A stretch of 64,000 nucleotides of DNA, taken from NCBI RefSeq assembly GCF_009914755.1, contig NC_060931.1. One strand, written 5' to 3'. A model generated the notes under the pieces. That model saw only the letters and a list, made by a program, of their open reading frames with translations. It was not told the origin of the DNA and did no database searches. The position numbers and the translations under genes were made by a program. The DNA is from the human T2T-CHM13v2.0 reference genome, Homo sapiens. Shown here in pieces: positions 44,287-60,886 of this stretch (within the stretch, counting starts at the first letter, position 1; the number at the start of each line of letters is the position of its first letter).

Positions 44287-46849
44287 TTAGACCCCACACC
44301 TTCCGAACGATGTACCTCTTATTCGCTAATTAGAGAAAGGAAAGCAATGGAATCACTTTTGTCCCAGTGGGTAAGCAAGGGCTCATGGTGATGAATGTGA
44401 AGTTGAATTTGCCCACATTTAAGAACTCAGTACCCAACACCAAGGTTTATAGCAACATTTAGCATTCATTTCACGTAGTTGCCTTTGTTAGCTTTTAAGT
44501 CAAGAACAGTTGGCAGGAAAATTCCCCCTTTTTTGTCTTAGTAAAACTTAGATCTCCATCAAGTTTCTCTTTTATGAGGCAGAACAAGGTGTGGACAAAC
44601 CAGGCTGCTGCTGCACCCTTCCATTCATGAAGCCAGACTTACCTATATGAGTCTCAGCATCACTCCAGAAATTAAAACAAATAGAATGCCATTAGCCCAA
44701 TGACCTGCCAGCATTTCAGTTTAGGATCTAATGTAAGATTCTCAGTAGAAAACTAAATATTAGGATATAAATGGGACACCAAAATTAAGCACTAGTCTGC
44801 TTTAGTGCTTGAGGTCTACTAGGGAGATATGGACCAAAAACACAGACACCCCTGGAGCCATGGAATGTTAAAAAGCACCCCAAATTCCAGCCATTGCTCT
44901 TATGACCAAAGAAGCCAAGGGACCAGTCTTACAGTTTTTGCATACATGTATTTTAACTAATTAGCAACATGTTTCCAGGGTTCTTGTTAAGTATAGATTC
45001 CTGGAACCAGCCTCTGCTCTACAGAGTTGGAATCTCCAGGGAAGAGCCCTGGGAATCCCTCTTTTAAGTAACTGTTCTACTTCATTCTTATCAAGCAAGT
45101 TTGATTACACCGACTTAGTTCTTTTGAACTGTTTGCCAGCAATCCCTACCTGCTATCATAAAACTGGCCAGCCACCAGGGATACCACTGCGGCAGGATTT
45201 CCCAGAATTCTTGATAAGAATCACCTATTTAATTAAATACAGACTCCCGGGTCCAATCCTACCAGCTGGATTAGGATTTTCAGGAAAGAAACCTGGACTC
45301 TACCTTTTAGTGACACCTTTGTCATTCCTACCACCAGGCAAGTGCTAGAAACCCTGAAACAAATTATACTTGAATCAAATAGTAAACAAAGTCAGTGAAG
45401 CTGAATATAAACAATTTTGTAATTCTGAGCTTTCCACGTATGGTTCCAATAAATCACATCATCAGACGGAGGCATTCTATGCTTCCATTTACATAAAGCA
45501 CAAAACAACCAAAGCTAAAGTGTGCTGTTAAAAATTCAGAAAGTGATTAGCCTTGGGGGCTTGGTGATTGGAAAGAGACAGTAGGGGGCTTTTTCGGGAA
45601 CTGTAAATGTTCCCTTTGTTTATCTAGCATTGGTTTAACAGGTATGTTCTGTTTGCAGAACTTCATCAAATTACATATGTTTATGTGTATATATTTAATG
45701 TATAGCATGTGTGTATATATACATAGCTGTATATGTACATATATATACTTATACATCAATAGAAATGTTTTTCAGAAAGATTTAAAGGTGGAGGCATTAT
45801 AAAGTTTAGTTGAAAAATAAGGAAACACATATATGCCAAGAGTGGCTCCTAAATCAGCATTTTTATCAATATTAAAGATATTCAACCCAAATAAATGTGG
45901 ATTTAAGATTATGTGTTTTACCCCTGGAAAAATAGAATGCCTGCTCTAAGCCCTGAGGATTCCTGTTTCTGGGAGATAAGGTTTTCCTAAAGTTCAAGTT
46001 TGATATCAATCTTTGTATTGTTTTAAGTATAGAAAAAAAATTCACGAATTTGGACGCAGAAGCAAAATCTCTACCTCTGAATTTGGGGCACCAGATGGCC
46101 GAACACCATTTATTTATTTTTAGCCTCTTGTGAAAAAATTAGTGCCCAACAACTGAATGAACTACTTTTTTTTTAATTTTCCACAAAAATTTAAATTTAT
46201 TTTTAAATCGCCGAATTAAAACAATGCAAATACAATTTTGGAATACAAAAAGATATAAAATCTTAAAACTATATAATTATTAAGATTTTTGCCTATTTTA
46301 CTTTTTAAAAGACGTATGTTTTTACCTGGCATATTAACTATAATTACTAATTTGTGTCCTGCTTTTTAAACTTAATATATAATATAATTTGCTTATTTAA
46401 TTATGCTTATGGTTTATTTTCTGCACCCCTCCTTCAACTAGAATATAAGTGTTACAAAGATAGGACAAAGGTTCATGCTTATTTTGTTCCGTGATATCTT
46501 TCAAGTGCTTACAACAATACCTGGTACATTTAGGTGCCCAGCAAATATTTTTTGTGGATTAAATGTTGAGCATATTATATATGTATGTATATAGTAAATG
46601 TTGAGCATATTATGCATAAAAGGATATATGTGTGTATATAAAAAGATATAAATGTATATATATATACACATACATATATATCTTTTTATATATCTTTTTC
46701 TATTGCTATAGTTTTCCAACTTTTCTTTCAAATAAATTTTATTCTTCACTCTTGAGAAGAGTAATCCTGGAAAAAAAATATTCCTACTCAATGTTCTACA
46801 TTTAACATTTCACAAGACCATCTTATCTTTAATACTTTTTAAGTCAGAA

Positions 46850-47170
46850 ACTGGTTGCAAATTCGAATGCTTCTAAGCTTAGCCAGTTAAATAAGTGATC
46901 ATCTGGGGTGTGAAAGAGGGTTGCAATAAGGAGTGGTGGGATCTGCAGAAAACTTAGAGTGTACCTCCCACCATATCCAGAAGGGGCAGCAGCCATTCAT
47001 CTCTAGACAATAATATCTATGCAAGAATTAGAGTGCAGTGCCCACCAGGTCATTTGATTTTTCATGAGAAGACAGAAATGTGAAATTTTACCTGTGTGCT
47101 TCTGATCTTCAGTATTGCCAACTAAATCTAATTTTTATAAAACTTTGTGCAAATTTACACACCCGGCCTA
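46850..47170. mobile_element. MER102-like hAT element
   Basis: 'tcatgagaagacagaaatgtgaaatt...tattgccaactaaatctaattttt'. Confidence 0.55.
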
Positions 47171-47184
47171 ACAAAATAAATCCT

Positions 47185-48255
<1,071 letters not shown>

Positions 48256-49784
48256 ATCATCATCATCCAGTGAACCTACCTCCAGTGTGAAACTCCTCCT
48301 CCAGCTGTCTATGCAGATTATGTATCGGAAAACTGGCTTCCCATCACTTGTGCAGTTATTTGTGTACGTGATTGCAATGCTTTTGTCTTTTGTGTTTTGG
48401 TTCACTATATGGAGTAGGCTGCCCCGAAAGCAAATGTATCAGTAACAGTAAGACAAACACTAGACCAGGATATTGTAGAAGAAATTGAAATGCTGACTCC
48501 ATCTGGACTTTTACCATACAACATTTAAAAGCCTTTGAATCCTATTATTTTCTGAGTATATTTGAGAGCATACAGCCTTTTAGAATCATTTGCCTTTCAA
48601 ATTGCATTTCTGTAACAATCAATGATTGTACTTGAAACCCTAGGGAAGATGTCTAACTTCTCCATTGTTTTCTGTCATCATTAAAATAGACACTAGTACT
48701 TGTAAACAAAACTAGCTAGAGTGTGCTTTAAAATCATTGAATTAATATTATTGTGTAAGTAGAAAAATCCAATTACTACTATAGCGAATATCTACTGTCC
48801 TTCATATGGCTAAATCATACTTACAACCATTCCATGCTGTAAAATACCCTCAACAGGTACAAACTGAAAAGAAAAGCCCATAAAGAAGGCCAAAATAAAA
48901 AATGAATACTTTTTTTTTGAAATTATACGGAAAGCAAAACCATCAACCCAGTTAAACTTTCAGGTTTTTTCCCAATGCTCCAATTGAAAATTCCAAAGCG
49001 AATATTCCCATAAATATATTCTCTATTTGTCACAAAGAGACACGTGGAAATTAGTTTGCTTCAAAACAATAATACTAAAAAAACCACAAATTCTGATTCC
49101 AGTTGACTTAAGAAGAAAGACAAAGTAAAAATAAAAAAGTCTGTTAGACTACAACAAACTTGAACAAGTTCCCAAAGGGCAACTGAAATTTCATCTCCTT
49201 TTTTTTCTCTCCTGCTGGCTTCCCCTCACTCTGCCCAGAAAGTCCTAATTTTAGCTGTCAGCAAGAAAATGCTATACAGCTTTAGTAAATCAAATGCTTT
49301 TTTACTGGAGACAGTCTCTGGGGGGAATGGAGCTAACTGAAAGATTAGATGGAATTTAATTTTTAATCCAGAAATGTATCCTTAACAGGAGTCCTTTAAA
49401 TAGCAGATGCCATCTTTTATTATTAATGTGGGTGTTAACCCCAAAGCATGTCACCTCCCAGAAGATTTCTGCAATTCCTTTAGCAAAATGACACTAAGGA
49501 AAGCCTGCCTCTTTTTTTGTGGCTAACCCACTGGGCATTTGCTGTGTTCAAAGAGATGAGAAAGGTACACATTCCTACATTCTGTAGTGGCAGAAGGACC
49601 ACAGAGAGAAAAGCACAAATAATCTGGCTTTTCTTCCCCTTTAATCTGTGATCAATTTAAATAGGTTACTTCAGTATGTAGACGTAAGCAGAATATTTCT
49701 TTTCAAACATATTGGTTCACCTTCCTTGAGTGTATTCAGAGCCTCTAAAACCAAAGAGAAAGATGACCTAAGATTAAAAAGGCA

Positions 49785-50061
<277 letters not shown>

Positions 50062-50394
50062 TTAGGTAGGAATTAGAAATACATCTAAAACAGAATAAAG
50101 TTTATTAAATAGTTTTAATTAAGGTAGGGAGATTGAACAACTTCATGTTTAGAATCAAAAATGTGTTCCTGAACCAAACTGAACATTTCATTCACTTTGC
50201 TTATATGTTCTCAGAATGAAAAAGAAAAAACAGCAAATGAATCTCTCTCTCCACTCCCAACTTTGGAACCATATTTGTTTGAACCATGTGTATTACCATT
50301 TTTTAGGTCAAATACAATTGATATTAGCAATTTCATAATGTTCAAGCTTCACATTGCTTTTCCAAATCATGAAATTTTTAAATATCTGAGCTAA

Positions 50395-50620
50395 TATGGC
50401 TATGCAAACACCTATAGTATGATATAATGGACATCAGAGACCCAAAATGGGGAGGGGTGGGAGGAGGATGAGGGAAGAAAAACTACTCATTGGGTACAAT
50501 GTGTACTATTCAGGTGATGGGTGCACTAAAATCCCAGACTTCACCACTATATAGTTCATCCATGCAACCAAAAATCACCCGTATTCCTAAAGCTATTGAA
50601 TTAAAAAATTAAAAATTTTA
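50395..50620 (+). mobile_element. L1MA 3' end
   Basis: 'gggtacaatgtgtactattcaggtgatgggtgcactaaaatcccagacttcaccacta'. Confidence 0.88.
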
Positions 50621-52531
50621 ATACATATCTGAGTGAAGGTGCCTCCCACACTGTATATAGATAACCAGATGTTCCCTTTGTGTAAAGACCATAATGTCAA
50701 TTGGAACATATTTAGACTCTGGGTTTTAAGAAGAATCACATGTGCTATTGGAAATATGCATGTGTATGTGAACTTCTAGTTTAAAGAATGTACCATTGTC
50801 TTGCTCTGCTAGTACAACAACTAATCACCACAATGTAGGGATAAGTAAAAAGTCAAGTACTGCATCAAACTACAAAATGATCCTCAATGTTTCTTTTCAA
50901 ATGCCTTTCTAAACATTCTGACTTATCGTTTGGCAGGCTAGAAGCAGCAGCCCTGCCAGGGGTTAGTCTTGCCCTCGCCCACTTGTGTCTCAGTGAATCT
51001 TAGAGAATGTCCTTTTGCTCAAAGGATATCAAAGGAAAGGATCAAGCCCTCGGTATTACTGTGAAATGTCATTTGCACACCACTTTATGTGTTAGTAGAA
51101 TGCAAGAATGTGAAGTTCAACAAATGGAGCCTTCTATGAGGAATGCGATCAATGAGATTCCAGGCCCTCACTTACGCACTCATGTTTTCAGTTGCTAGTG
51201 ATTTATTTTGCTGATCCTTTCAATTTGTCAACCATGTGAGAATAGATTCTCAGTCTTCAGGATTCTAATACCAATCACATGGCTAAAATTAGAACTCCTG
51301 AGTTTGTGCTAAGTGCCTTTAATCTGTATGACTCTGGAAAATAAAAGGGATCTGAGAGCATTAGGGAGAGGTACAGAGACCTCCTCACTGATTAGATTGT
51401 CTCCATCTAATCATTTATGGTTCCTGCTTCCAGAAATTAGAGTAGCTGATCACTTATTTATCCTTCCTCTAATTCTGCCACTTGGGTGGAGATCCAAGTC
51501 ACTCTTAATTTGTCTTATTTTAGCAACATATAATCTAGCTAATTTGCTCCTTAAGAATTAAGTTCCAAGTCAAACGTTTCCCTTTAAGCCTAGATCTTGT
51601 TATGTCCAAACAGCCAGGAAAGTTTGGGGAGGGAAAGGAAATCTATCAAATAACTGGATGATTCATCTCAGAGAGCACAATATCTAAGCAGGTGGAAACG
51701 CTGCATGAATCAGAAGCACTAATCTGTGTGCTAATGGACCATTTATTTGCATTTCATTTTCCTTGGGGAAAAAAAAGTCCCATGTCAATCTTTCTAATTT
51801 TGAGTGCAATATGCATATCTATTGATATTTAAAGAAAAGAACTGCACACATACTGGTATTCATATCACTAAGCTGCATAATTGGTTTCTGTTTTGAAATA
51901 CAAAGGTATCAACTAAATGACTCACACAAGGTATTTCCAAACACTCATTTGATAAAATGATTAACACACTGAAAATATTCAAGGTTTTTAATAAACTGGT
52001 GGATTTTTGCTAAACATTAAATGACAAGAGGAGTCCAAAAGTTCAAATTGTATAAAATCCAGAGGTACCTTATTCCAAGAGAATAACCAGGCAGAACTGC
52101 CCACATAGCAAATCCTTAGTTGTTGGGGTCCAGCTGTATGAATCAACACCGTACTGGCCCCAGCTGTCATTTGGTGCCACTTATACTGGTGCCACTAACC
52201 TAGTGGTCTGATCTGACCTAAATATCAACAGGAAAATTCTGGCTTCCATGGCTCCCTGGGACTTCCAGGACTCAAGCAGCAGTTCCAAGAATCTCCTCAT
52301 TGGCTGGTTCTCAATTCACATGTGTGATTGGGGAGACTGAGGAAGAAAAATACTGTATCTACAAGTCTTTCCTTTTTTCTGCCATTTCCCAAAATTGAGT
52401 TTCCTGCTTTATCCACCCTGATTTGAGAATGCAAGCTGGACAGAAAATGAAAGTCAATAACCAATTACAAAATATCCTGATTCACATAATCACAGGATTC
52501 TACTCTATTATTTTCAATGTTGTTTTGACAG

Positions 52532-53283
52532 TGACACCACCTTTGCAAACATTGTGACAGCAAGAGAAGTCTAGCATGGCTGACTCCATGTTTCTCTAGC
52601 CTCACAAGCTGGCTGTCTTCACTCATTCCTGAGCATAGGCTGAACTAACCATGGGAGGAATTTAGTTTAATTTTTAAAGCAAGGATAATAGTCCCTCACT
52701 AAAACTGCTCCCCTCCTTGTTTAGAGACCACCTCTGTACAACTAATGAAAGGACAGAGATTAGGATTACAGGAGGAGCCTGAATTCTTCAAAGATATAGG
52801 CATTGTTTCTATAATCCCTTACTGCTCAGGAGTCGTGTCTAGAGATCACAACTTTTCTGACTTCCCCAATTGCTCCCATAGTTAGCAGCATCACTATTGC
52901 AGAACCTAAGATTGAGCTTTTCAGATTTTTTTTCAGACTGTTGCATTCTGGAAACTGACCCTACCTAGACCTGTGACTTATGACTCAAATGGCCCTGTGG
53001 CCCCTCACCCAGATGCTGACTCAACACTCAAGGACCACTTTCCACACCCCCATAATTTCACTCCCAGCCAATCAGTAGCACCTGTTCCCTAGCCCCCATC
53101 CACCAAAATTACCCATAAAACTCCTAACACCTGAGTTCAAAGAGCAACTGATTTGAGTAATAACTCCTATCATTCCATTTGGCCAGCACTGCATTATTTA
53201 AACTCTTTCTTTACTCCAACACCAGTCTCAGTGAATTGGTTTTGTCTGTGCAGCAAGCAAGACGAATCCCTCAGGTGATAACA
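52532..53283 (+). mobile_element. LTR8-family ERV1 solo LTR
   Basis: Starts tgacaccacctttgcaaa...gctgactccat and ends gtctgtgcagcaagcaag...gataaca. Confidence 0.82.
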
Positions 53284-53522
53284 AATGCTTCTAAGAGCTG
53301 TTGGTACTAGGCTGATACTCAGAAATATAGTCTGACCTTCATGTCAGTGTTTTTGTAAGCCGACAATCATTAAACATCCAGTTTTGGAAAAATAACGAAT
53401 ATATTCACTGCTTACATTGGTTACTTCATATAATCATTCAACCTTATGACATAGGCAGACTTATTATTCCCATTTTAAACATGAGAAAACTGAGGCACAG
53501 TGAACTAATTGATCAAGGTCAC

Positions 53523-54362
53523 TGTATTCATTTCCTAGTATTAGTTTTCCTTTTAAGCACCCAGTTCCACAAACTGGGTGCTTAAGACAACAGAAACTTA
53601 TTGTCTCAAAGTTCTGGGTGCTGGAAATCCAAAATCAAGGTGTCAGTAGTGCCATACTTCTCTGAAACTTGTAGGGGAGTGGTTCCCAACCTTCTTGGCA
53701 CCAGCGAGTCGTTTTGTGGATCCAATTTTTCCATGGACCAGATGGTGGAGGGATGGTTTCAGGATGATTCAAGTTCATTACATTTATTGTACACTTTATT
53801 TCTATTATTATTACAGTGTAATATATAATAATTATACAACTCACCATAATGTAGAATCAATGGGATTCCTTAGCTTGCTTTCCTGCAACTAGATGGTCCC
53901 ATCTGCAGTTGATGGGAAACAGTAACAGATCATCAGGCATTAGATTTTCATAAGGAGTGTGCAACCTAGATCCCTCACATGCATTGTTCACAATGGGGTT
54001 CATGCTCTGGTCTGTGGCCTGGGGGTTGGGGACCTCTGCTGTAGGGGAATCCTACTTTGCCTCTTCCTAGTTCCTGGTAACCCCAGATGTTCCCTGGCTG
54101 TATATGCATCACTCCACTCCTCCTTGTTCCAACCTAATGTCTTCTCATGGTTTTCTGCTTATGTGTCTCTGTGTCTTTTCATGATCATCTTCTTGTAAGG
54201 ATACCAATCATATTGGATTAAAACCCCAACCTACTCCAGTATGGCTTCATCTTACCTAATTATATCTACAACTACCATATCCCCAAATAAGGTCACATTC
54301 TAAAAAAATGGGGGTTAGGACTTGAATATATCTTTTTGAGGGGACGCAATTTAACCCATAAA
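53523..54362 (-). mobile_element. MLT1 MaLR LTR split by MER1
   Basis: 'aaactgggtgcttaagacaacagaaac' ... 'gggacgcaatttaacccata'. Confidence 0.85.
53677..54038. mobile_element. MER1 (hAT-Charlie) MITE
   Basis: TIRs gagtggttcccaacc / ggttggggacctctg; 8-bp TSD (t/c)tgtaggg. Confidence 0.88.
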
Positions 54363-54662
54363 TGTCACATAGCTAGAAAGTAGGACAGTAAGGATTAGGA
54401 TTCATGTAATCTGCTGTCTCAAATTTAAGGATATGAAGAAGATAGCAGACAGGATGTTACATCACAGTACATGCAATATCTAAATTGAAAGACATCTTGA
54501 ACATCTGACCCCTGCCTTAACCTCCTCTGGAAAACAAACATTCTATTGTTGGGTTAGTACTTTAGTTTACTCCCTTAAGATTCTGATGTATTCCTTTTTA
54601 TACCTTTCGGAATTCAGAGCTATGGTTAATATGAAATTTCCATAAGACACATGAAAGAGCAC

Positions 54663-54813
54663 TTTTTTTTTTTTTTGGTAGAGATGGGTTTTGCTATGTT
54701 GTCCAAGCCAGTCTCGAACTCCTAGCCTTAAGCCATCCTCCTGCCTCAGCCTCCCAAAGTGCTGCTGGGGCTGGCATTAGCTAGGATTATAGGTGTGAGC
54801 ATCATGCCTGGCC
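54663..54813 (-). mobile_element. FLAM_C-like monomer with a short internal insertion
   Basis: Antisense left monomer; extra 'gctggggctggcatta'. Confidence 0.85.
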
Positions 54814-55390
54814 TATTTTCTTTACTAATAACAAGTAAACTTCAGCTAGTGCTTACTATACGCAGACATTTTACTAAATACTTTGAGAGGCTTGGTCCAT
54901 TAGATCATCACAATAATCTCATGAAGCAGGGATCATTATTGCTTTCATTTTATAGATATAGACACTGAAGTGTAGAGAAATCAGTGGACTTGCTCAATGT
55001 CATTAAACTGGCTCTATGCAATCTATCTCCAGAGCACAGGCTGTTAACTCTCCTGATCCTTGCCTCTCTCTTCCGAAAGTTAAAAACATGGTGACAATGT
55101 TCCAAGGTTGCACTGTCTGGTCACTGCCATTGAAAAAAAGAAACTCTAATTTGGTCACATAACCACCTTGGCTAAATCCTATTCTTCTAAAAGTCTTAGT
55201 CTCACTAGTTATATATGTGATCAAATATAAAAATTATATGTAAAAAATTGTGTAAACTTACTTTCACTTGATCGTTGGTCAATGTTTGATTAACTCAAGT
55301 TGAATAGAGCAAAATCCCATTACATAATCGATCCATTTATAAGCTTTGTTAATTAAATTAGCTAAAGATTTTTAACTATATTTAGTCTGA

Positions 55391-55651
<261 letters not shown>

Positions 55652-56048
55652 TGATAAGGCAAAGTTACAAACTTAAGCAAATCTTCCTCTTATAAATAAG
55701 CTAAATTTACAAATAAAAATTTTAAGTTGTCTCAAACATTTGGGTACTATTTGTATGCTTAATAACATTTTCTTACACCTTTCTGCTGAAAATGCATAAG
55801 ACTTTTAAAACATTTTCAAATTATAACAACGTCGATCCTTTTGACTTTAATACCTAAGTGTCACACTCTATTCTATTATCTCCATATTAATTTCTTAATC
55901 TTCTCTGCTTGGAAAATCATTTCATTAATGAAACAGATTTGTCATGAAATGTGGAGAACATTTCTGGAACTGGAGATGAGGGATCAAGATATGGTTACTC
56001 ATTATTGAGAGTTTTAAGACTGAGACATGAGACCAAGAGTTATGTTAG

Positions 56049-56418
<370 letters not shown>

Positions 56419-56739
56419 TAATGAACTGTTTTTAAAGGCCCTTGTGTCAACAAGAAACTCCAAGTCCATACCATATAGCTGGAGTATAGTTTGGTAACCT
56501 ATGCCTCCTGGATTTTTATACCTTAAATAATTAATTCATCTTTCATTCATTCATAATATCTTCTAATTCAGCACCTGATGTTTGTTAGTAAACAATTTCC
56601 TTCTGCCTTTATTTGGAGTCTGCAAATTTCTTCACTGCTTGATTAGACTATATTCTGATTTTTTTTTTTTTTTTTTTTTTTTTGCCTTGAATAGCTCTTG
56701 GCCACAACTCTGTGTTCCTTTTTTTTTTTTAAAAAAAAA

Positions 56740-57040
56740 ATCATTGACATATAATTAATTTACATGCCATATAACTGACACATTTCACATGGACAACTAA
56801 ATAGTTTTTAGTGTTCATGGATATGTGCAATCATCACCACAGTCAATTTTGAAATATTTTTCTCATTTCAAAGAGAAATGCTGTACCCTTTAACTATCAC
56901 CGCCACACCCACCTGTCATATCCCAACCTTCCCTCAACCTTAAACAACCTCTAGCCTACTTTCTGTGTCTACAGATTTCTCTATTCTAGACTTTTACATG
57001 TTTGGAGTCATATACTATGTGGTCTTTTGAGACTGGCTTG
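56740..57040 (-). mobile_element. L1M 3' fragment
   Basis: 'atgtgcaatcatcaccacagtcaattttgaaatattt...ctactttctgtgtctacagattt'. Confidence 0.8.
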
Positions 57041-57497
57041 GTTAATATGAATGAAACATGACCAGCTGGGGCAGGCCATGAAAACCAGGAGGTTTGATGC
57101 CAGAGAGAATTGAGTGTGATTTAGATTAGGGGACAAAAAGAGCATAGTTTTTCTAGCTATAAATAGTGATTTGGGATAGGGATGGACAGGGGAAAACCCA
57201 CAGTGTTACTAGACCGAGGTTGCAATCCTAATTGGGGTGAGTGACTGACTAACCAGAACTTAACAGGGAGATCCTGGAAATAAGAGAACCATTGATGAAC
57301 GGAGAAAAACTCCTCACAGATCCCTAGACCAGTAGGATACTATTCATGCATAGAGAGACTTGTGAAGGGATGGCAAAAAGCACAAGTAAGGGGGTAGTTG
57401 TCACTTCAATATAAGATGGAAAGCCTTATGGGCCTTGAGGTGTTTAAGCACAACTCTACCAAATCAGTGGCTGACCACTAAACTAAATTATGTAGAC

Positions 57498-57719
57498 CAG
57501 GGATGTCCAATCTTTTGGCTTCCCTGGGCCACATTGGAAGAAGAATTGTCTTCGGCCACACATAAAATACGCTAATATTAACGATAGCTGATGAACTTTA
57601 AAAAAAAAAATCACAACATTCCCATAACTTTTTAAGAAAGTTTACAAATTTGCCTTTGGCTGCATTCAAAGCCATCCTGGGCCGCATGTGGCCCATGGGC
57701 CACATGTTGGACAAGCATG
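57498..57719. mobile_element. MER30 hAT MITE
   Basis: cagggatgtccaatcttttggcttccctgggccac...ttggacaagcatg; perfect 8-bp TSD atgtagac. Confidence 0.93.
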
Positions 57720-57871
57720 ATGTAGACACAGTGCTAACTTCTAGAAAGCCAGGCAAAAAAAAAAAAAACAAAAACAGGAATAGAAACACTTAAAAGACAT
57801 GAGCAAATGAATAATATGGGAGAGGCACATTCTGCTTTTAAGTCTAGGAACTTTATTAAAAATAACTAATA

Positions 57872-58000
57872 TGGCCAGACTCATGACTGTAATCCCAATA
57901 CTGTGGGAGACTGAAGCAGAAAGATCGCTTGAGGCCAGAAATTTGAAACCAGTCTGGTCAACATAGCAAGACTCTGTCTGTACAAATAGCAACAACAACA
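57872..58000 (+). mobile_element. FLAM Alu monomer
   Basis: Left-arm monomer with (CAA)n tail. Confidence 0.82.
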
Positions 58001-58019
58001 ACCTTCCCTCAAAAACTCA

Positions 58020-58133
58020 GGCTAGGTGTGTTGGCTCACGTTTATAATCCCAACACTTAGTGGGGTGGAGGCAGGAGGATTGCCTGAGCCCAGGAGTTTG
58101 AGATCAACCTGGGCAACATGGTGAGATCCTGTC

Positions 58134-58171
<38 letters not shown>

Positions 58172-58351
58172 TATTAGTCAGGTGTAGTAATGCATGCCTA
58201 TAGTCCCAGCTACTGGGGAAGCTGAGGTAGGGGGATTGTTTGAACTCTGGAGGCAGAGGCTGTAGTAAGCTTGTGATTGCACCACTGCACTTCAGTCTGG
58301 GTGACAGAGTGAGACCCTGACTCAAAACAAATAAAACAAACAAACAAACAA
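58020..58351 (+). mobile_element. AluJo-like
   Basis: Dimer with an expanded middle A-run. Confidence 0.92.
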
Positions 58352-59506
58352 ACTCAGAATAGCTTTGATAATATATTATCTAAAATATCAACTTTTCAAC
58401 CAAAAATTGCTAGTCATAAAAAGAAACAGGAGGGTGTGACCTATACACAAGGGGGAGAAAACGATCAATAGAAATTAACTGTGAATGAGCCCAGACTCCA
58501 AAATTATCAGACAAATACTTCAATGAAGCTATTATAAATATGTTCACAAAATTAAAGAAAAATATGTCGGCAATAAACCAATGAATGAGAAATCTCATTA
58601 AGTAGAAACTTTTAAAAATGGAAATTTGAGAGTTGAAAAATACAACAATAAAAATGGAAAATTTACTAGAATGAGTTCAACAGCAGATTTAAGATGGCAG
58701 AAGAAAGAATAAGTGAATTTGAAGGTAGATCAATAGGAATTATCCAATTTGAAGAAGTAAGAAAAATAAAGTGTCAGAAATCTTTAGGACAATATCAAGC
58801 ATTACAATACATATATAATGAAAGTTTAAGAAACAGAAGACAGAAAAAATGTCTAAAAATATATTTGAAGAAACAGTGTCTGAGAACTCCCCAACTTTTT
58901 GAAACATATTAACAAACAAATTCTACAAATTCTAAGAGCCCCAAGAAGGATAAACACAAAGTGATCTGAACACAGACATGTCATAGTCAGACTGCTGAAA
59001 GACAAAGGGAAAATCTTGAAGGCAACAATAGAAAAACAATGCATCAAATATAGGAAACAATATAAAATTAACAGTTGACATCTGAAATGATGGAAATCAG
59101 GAGATAGTTGAATAGGATATTCAAAATACTGAACAACACAGTGTCAATCAAGAATTCTATATCAAGGAAAACTATCTTTCAGAAATGAAGATTAAATAAA
59201 GACACCCCCAGATAAACAAAATTTGAGAGAAATCATTGATCTTCCCTATAAGAAATACCAAATGAAGCCTTCAGGCTAAAACAAAATGATACCAAATGGT
59301 AACCTGGAAGAGCATCAGAAATGGTGAATAGGTAGATGGATTTTTTAAACTGTATATATGCATATCCTCTTTTCTCTTAATATTTTTTAAAACCATCAGC
59401 TTGCATAAAGCAATAACTCTAAGACTATATTGTCCAATTTATGACATGTATACATGTAATATATATGATAATAATAGCACAAAGGTGAGAAAAGTTAATG
59501 GAACTA

Positions 59507-59641
59507 CAGTTATCCCTGAGCCTACTTGGGGGATTGATTCCAGGATCTCCTGCATATACCAAAATCCACACATACTCAAGTCCCACATTATATATAAGTG
59601 GACCCATGCAGTTCAAACCCATGTTGTTCAAAGATCAAATG
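59507..59641. mobile_element. MER8 (Tigger2-derived MITE), internally deleted
   Basis: TA|cagttatccct...gttgttcaaagatcaaatg|TA. Confidence 0.8.
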
Positions 59642-60750
59642 TATATTGGAATAAATTTACTATATTTACTGGAAATAAGTCAATATTAACCTAAAATAAA
59701 TCATGATAAGTTTAAGTCACATATGTCAATACCGAGAACAACCATATATACACATAAATATACACACACAGACCCACAAATAACAAAAAATATAGCTAAA
59801 AATTTCATGAAGAAAGTAAAATGGCCTGATACATTTTTTTTTATTTTAAAAAAATAAGTAAGGGGGAACACAGGAACGAAAAGACATGAGACATACAAAA
59901 AACACTGGCAAAATTACAGGTATAAATCCAACCACGTTGAATAATTACATTATATTTGAGCTAAATGTTTCAATCAAAAATCAGAGACTGTCAAACTGGA
60001 TTTAAAAGGAGCTTCAACTATATGCTGTTTACACTTTATTTTTTACAATATTTTTTCTTTTAATTTTTTAAAAATAATTTTACAGAAAAATTGGAATGGA
60101 TTAAGGCACACTTCAGATGGAAAGACACAAATAGATTGAAATTAAAAGACCATGCAAACAGTAATGGTATAGAAGAAGTGGCTATAATGTCATATAAAGA
60201 CAGACTTTAAGACAAGGAATATGTCTAAACACAAAGGGAGACATTTCACAATTATAAAAAGTTATTTCCTCAGAAAGATATAAAAAATTATAAATGTATG
60301 TGTGCCTAACAACACAGCCCTAAGATACATAAAGCAAAAACTTACAGAATTGAAAGGAGAAATAGAAAATTAAATAATTTTAGTTGGAGATTTCAATATT
60401 CATCTCCAGTAATTGAAAGAACAACTAGAAAGAAAATCAGTAAGGGTAAAAAGACTTACTTAACACTACCAAACAAGTTGACCTTACTGGTAAGTATAGA
60501 ACGTGCCATTTGACAATACAATGCACACTTTCCAAGCATACATGGAACATATGCTAAGCTGTAAAACACATCTCAATTCATTTTAAACACTTGATATCAT
60601 GCCAAGTACATTCTCTAAACACAATGGAATTCTGAGAAATCACCAGATAATTGAAAAATAAACATTACATTTCTAAATAACTCATAGGTCAAAGAAGAAA
60701 TCACAAGGAAAATGAGAAAACATCTTCAACTGGATGAAAATAAAAACATA

Positions 60751-60886
60751 ACTGGGTACGGTGGCTCATGCCTGTAATCCCAGTATTTTGGGAGACTGAG
60801 GCAGGCAGATTGCTTGAGTCCAGGAGTTCAAGACCAACCTGGGTGATATGGCAGAAACCTGTCTCTACAAAAAAAAAAAAAAAAAA
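60751..60886 (+). mobile_element. FLAM/Alu left arm
   Basis: Left monomer plus A-tail. Confidence 0.88.

Noticed and set aside
56659-56740. T25 tract and T12A10 palindrome
   Set aside because: Low-complexity sequence at the tail of an antisense L1 fragment; no further structure.
58694-58912. Coiled-coil-like ORF MAEERISEFEG
   Set aside because: It is a decayed L1 ORF1.
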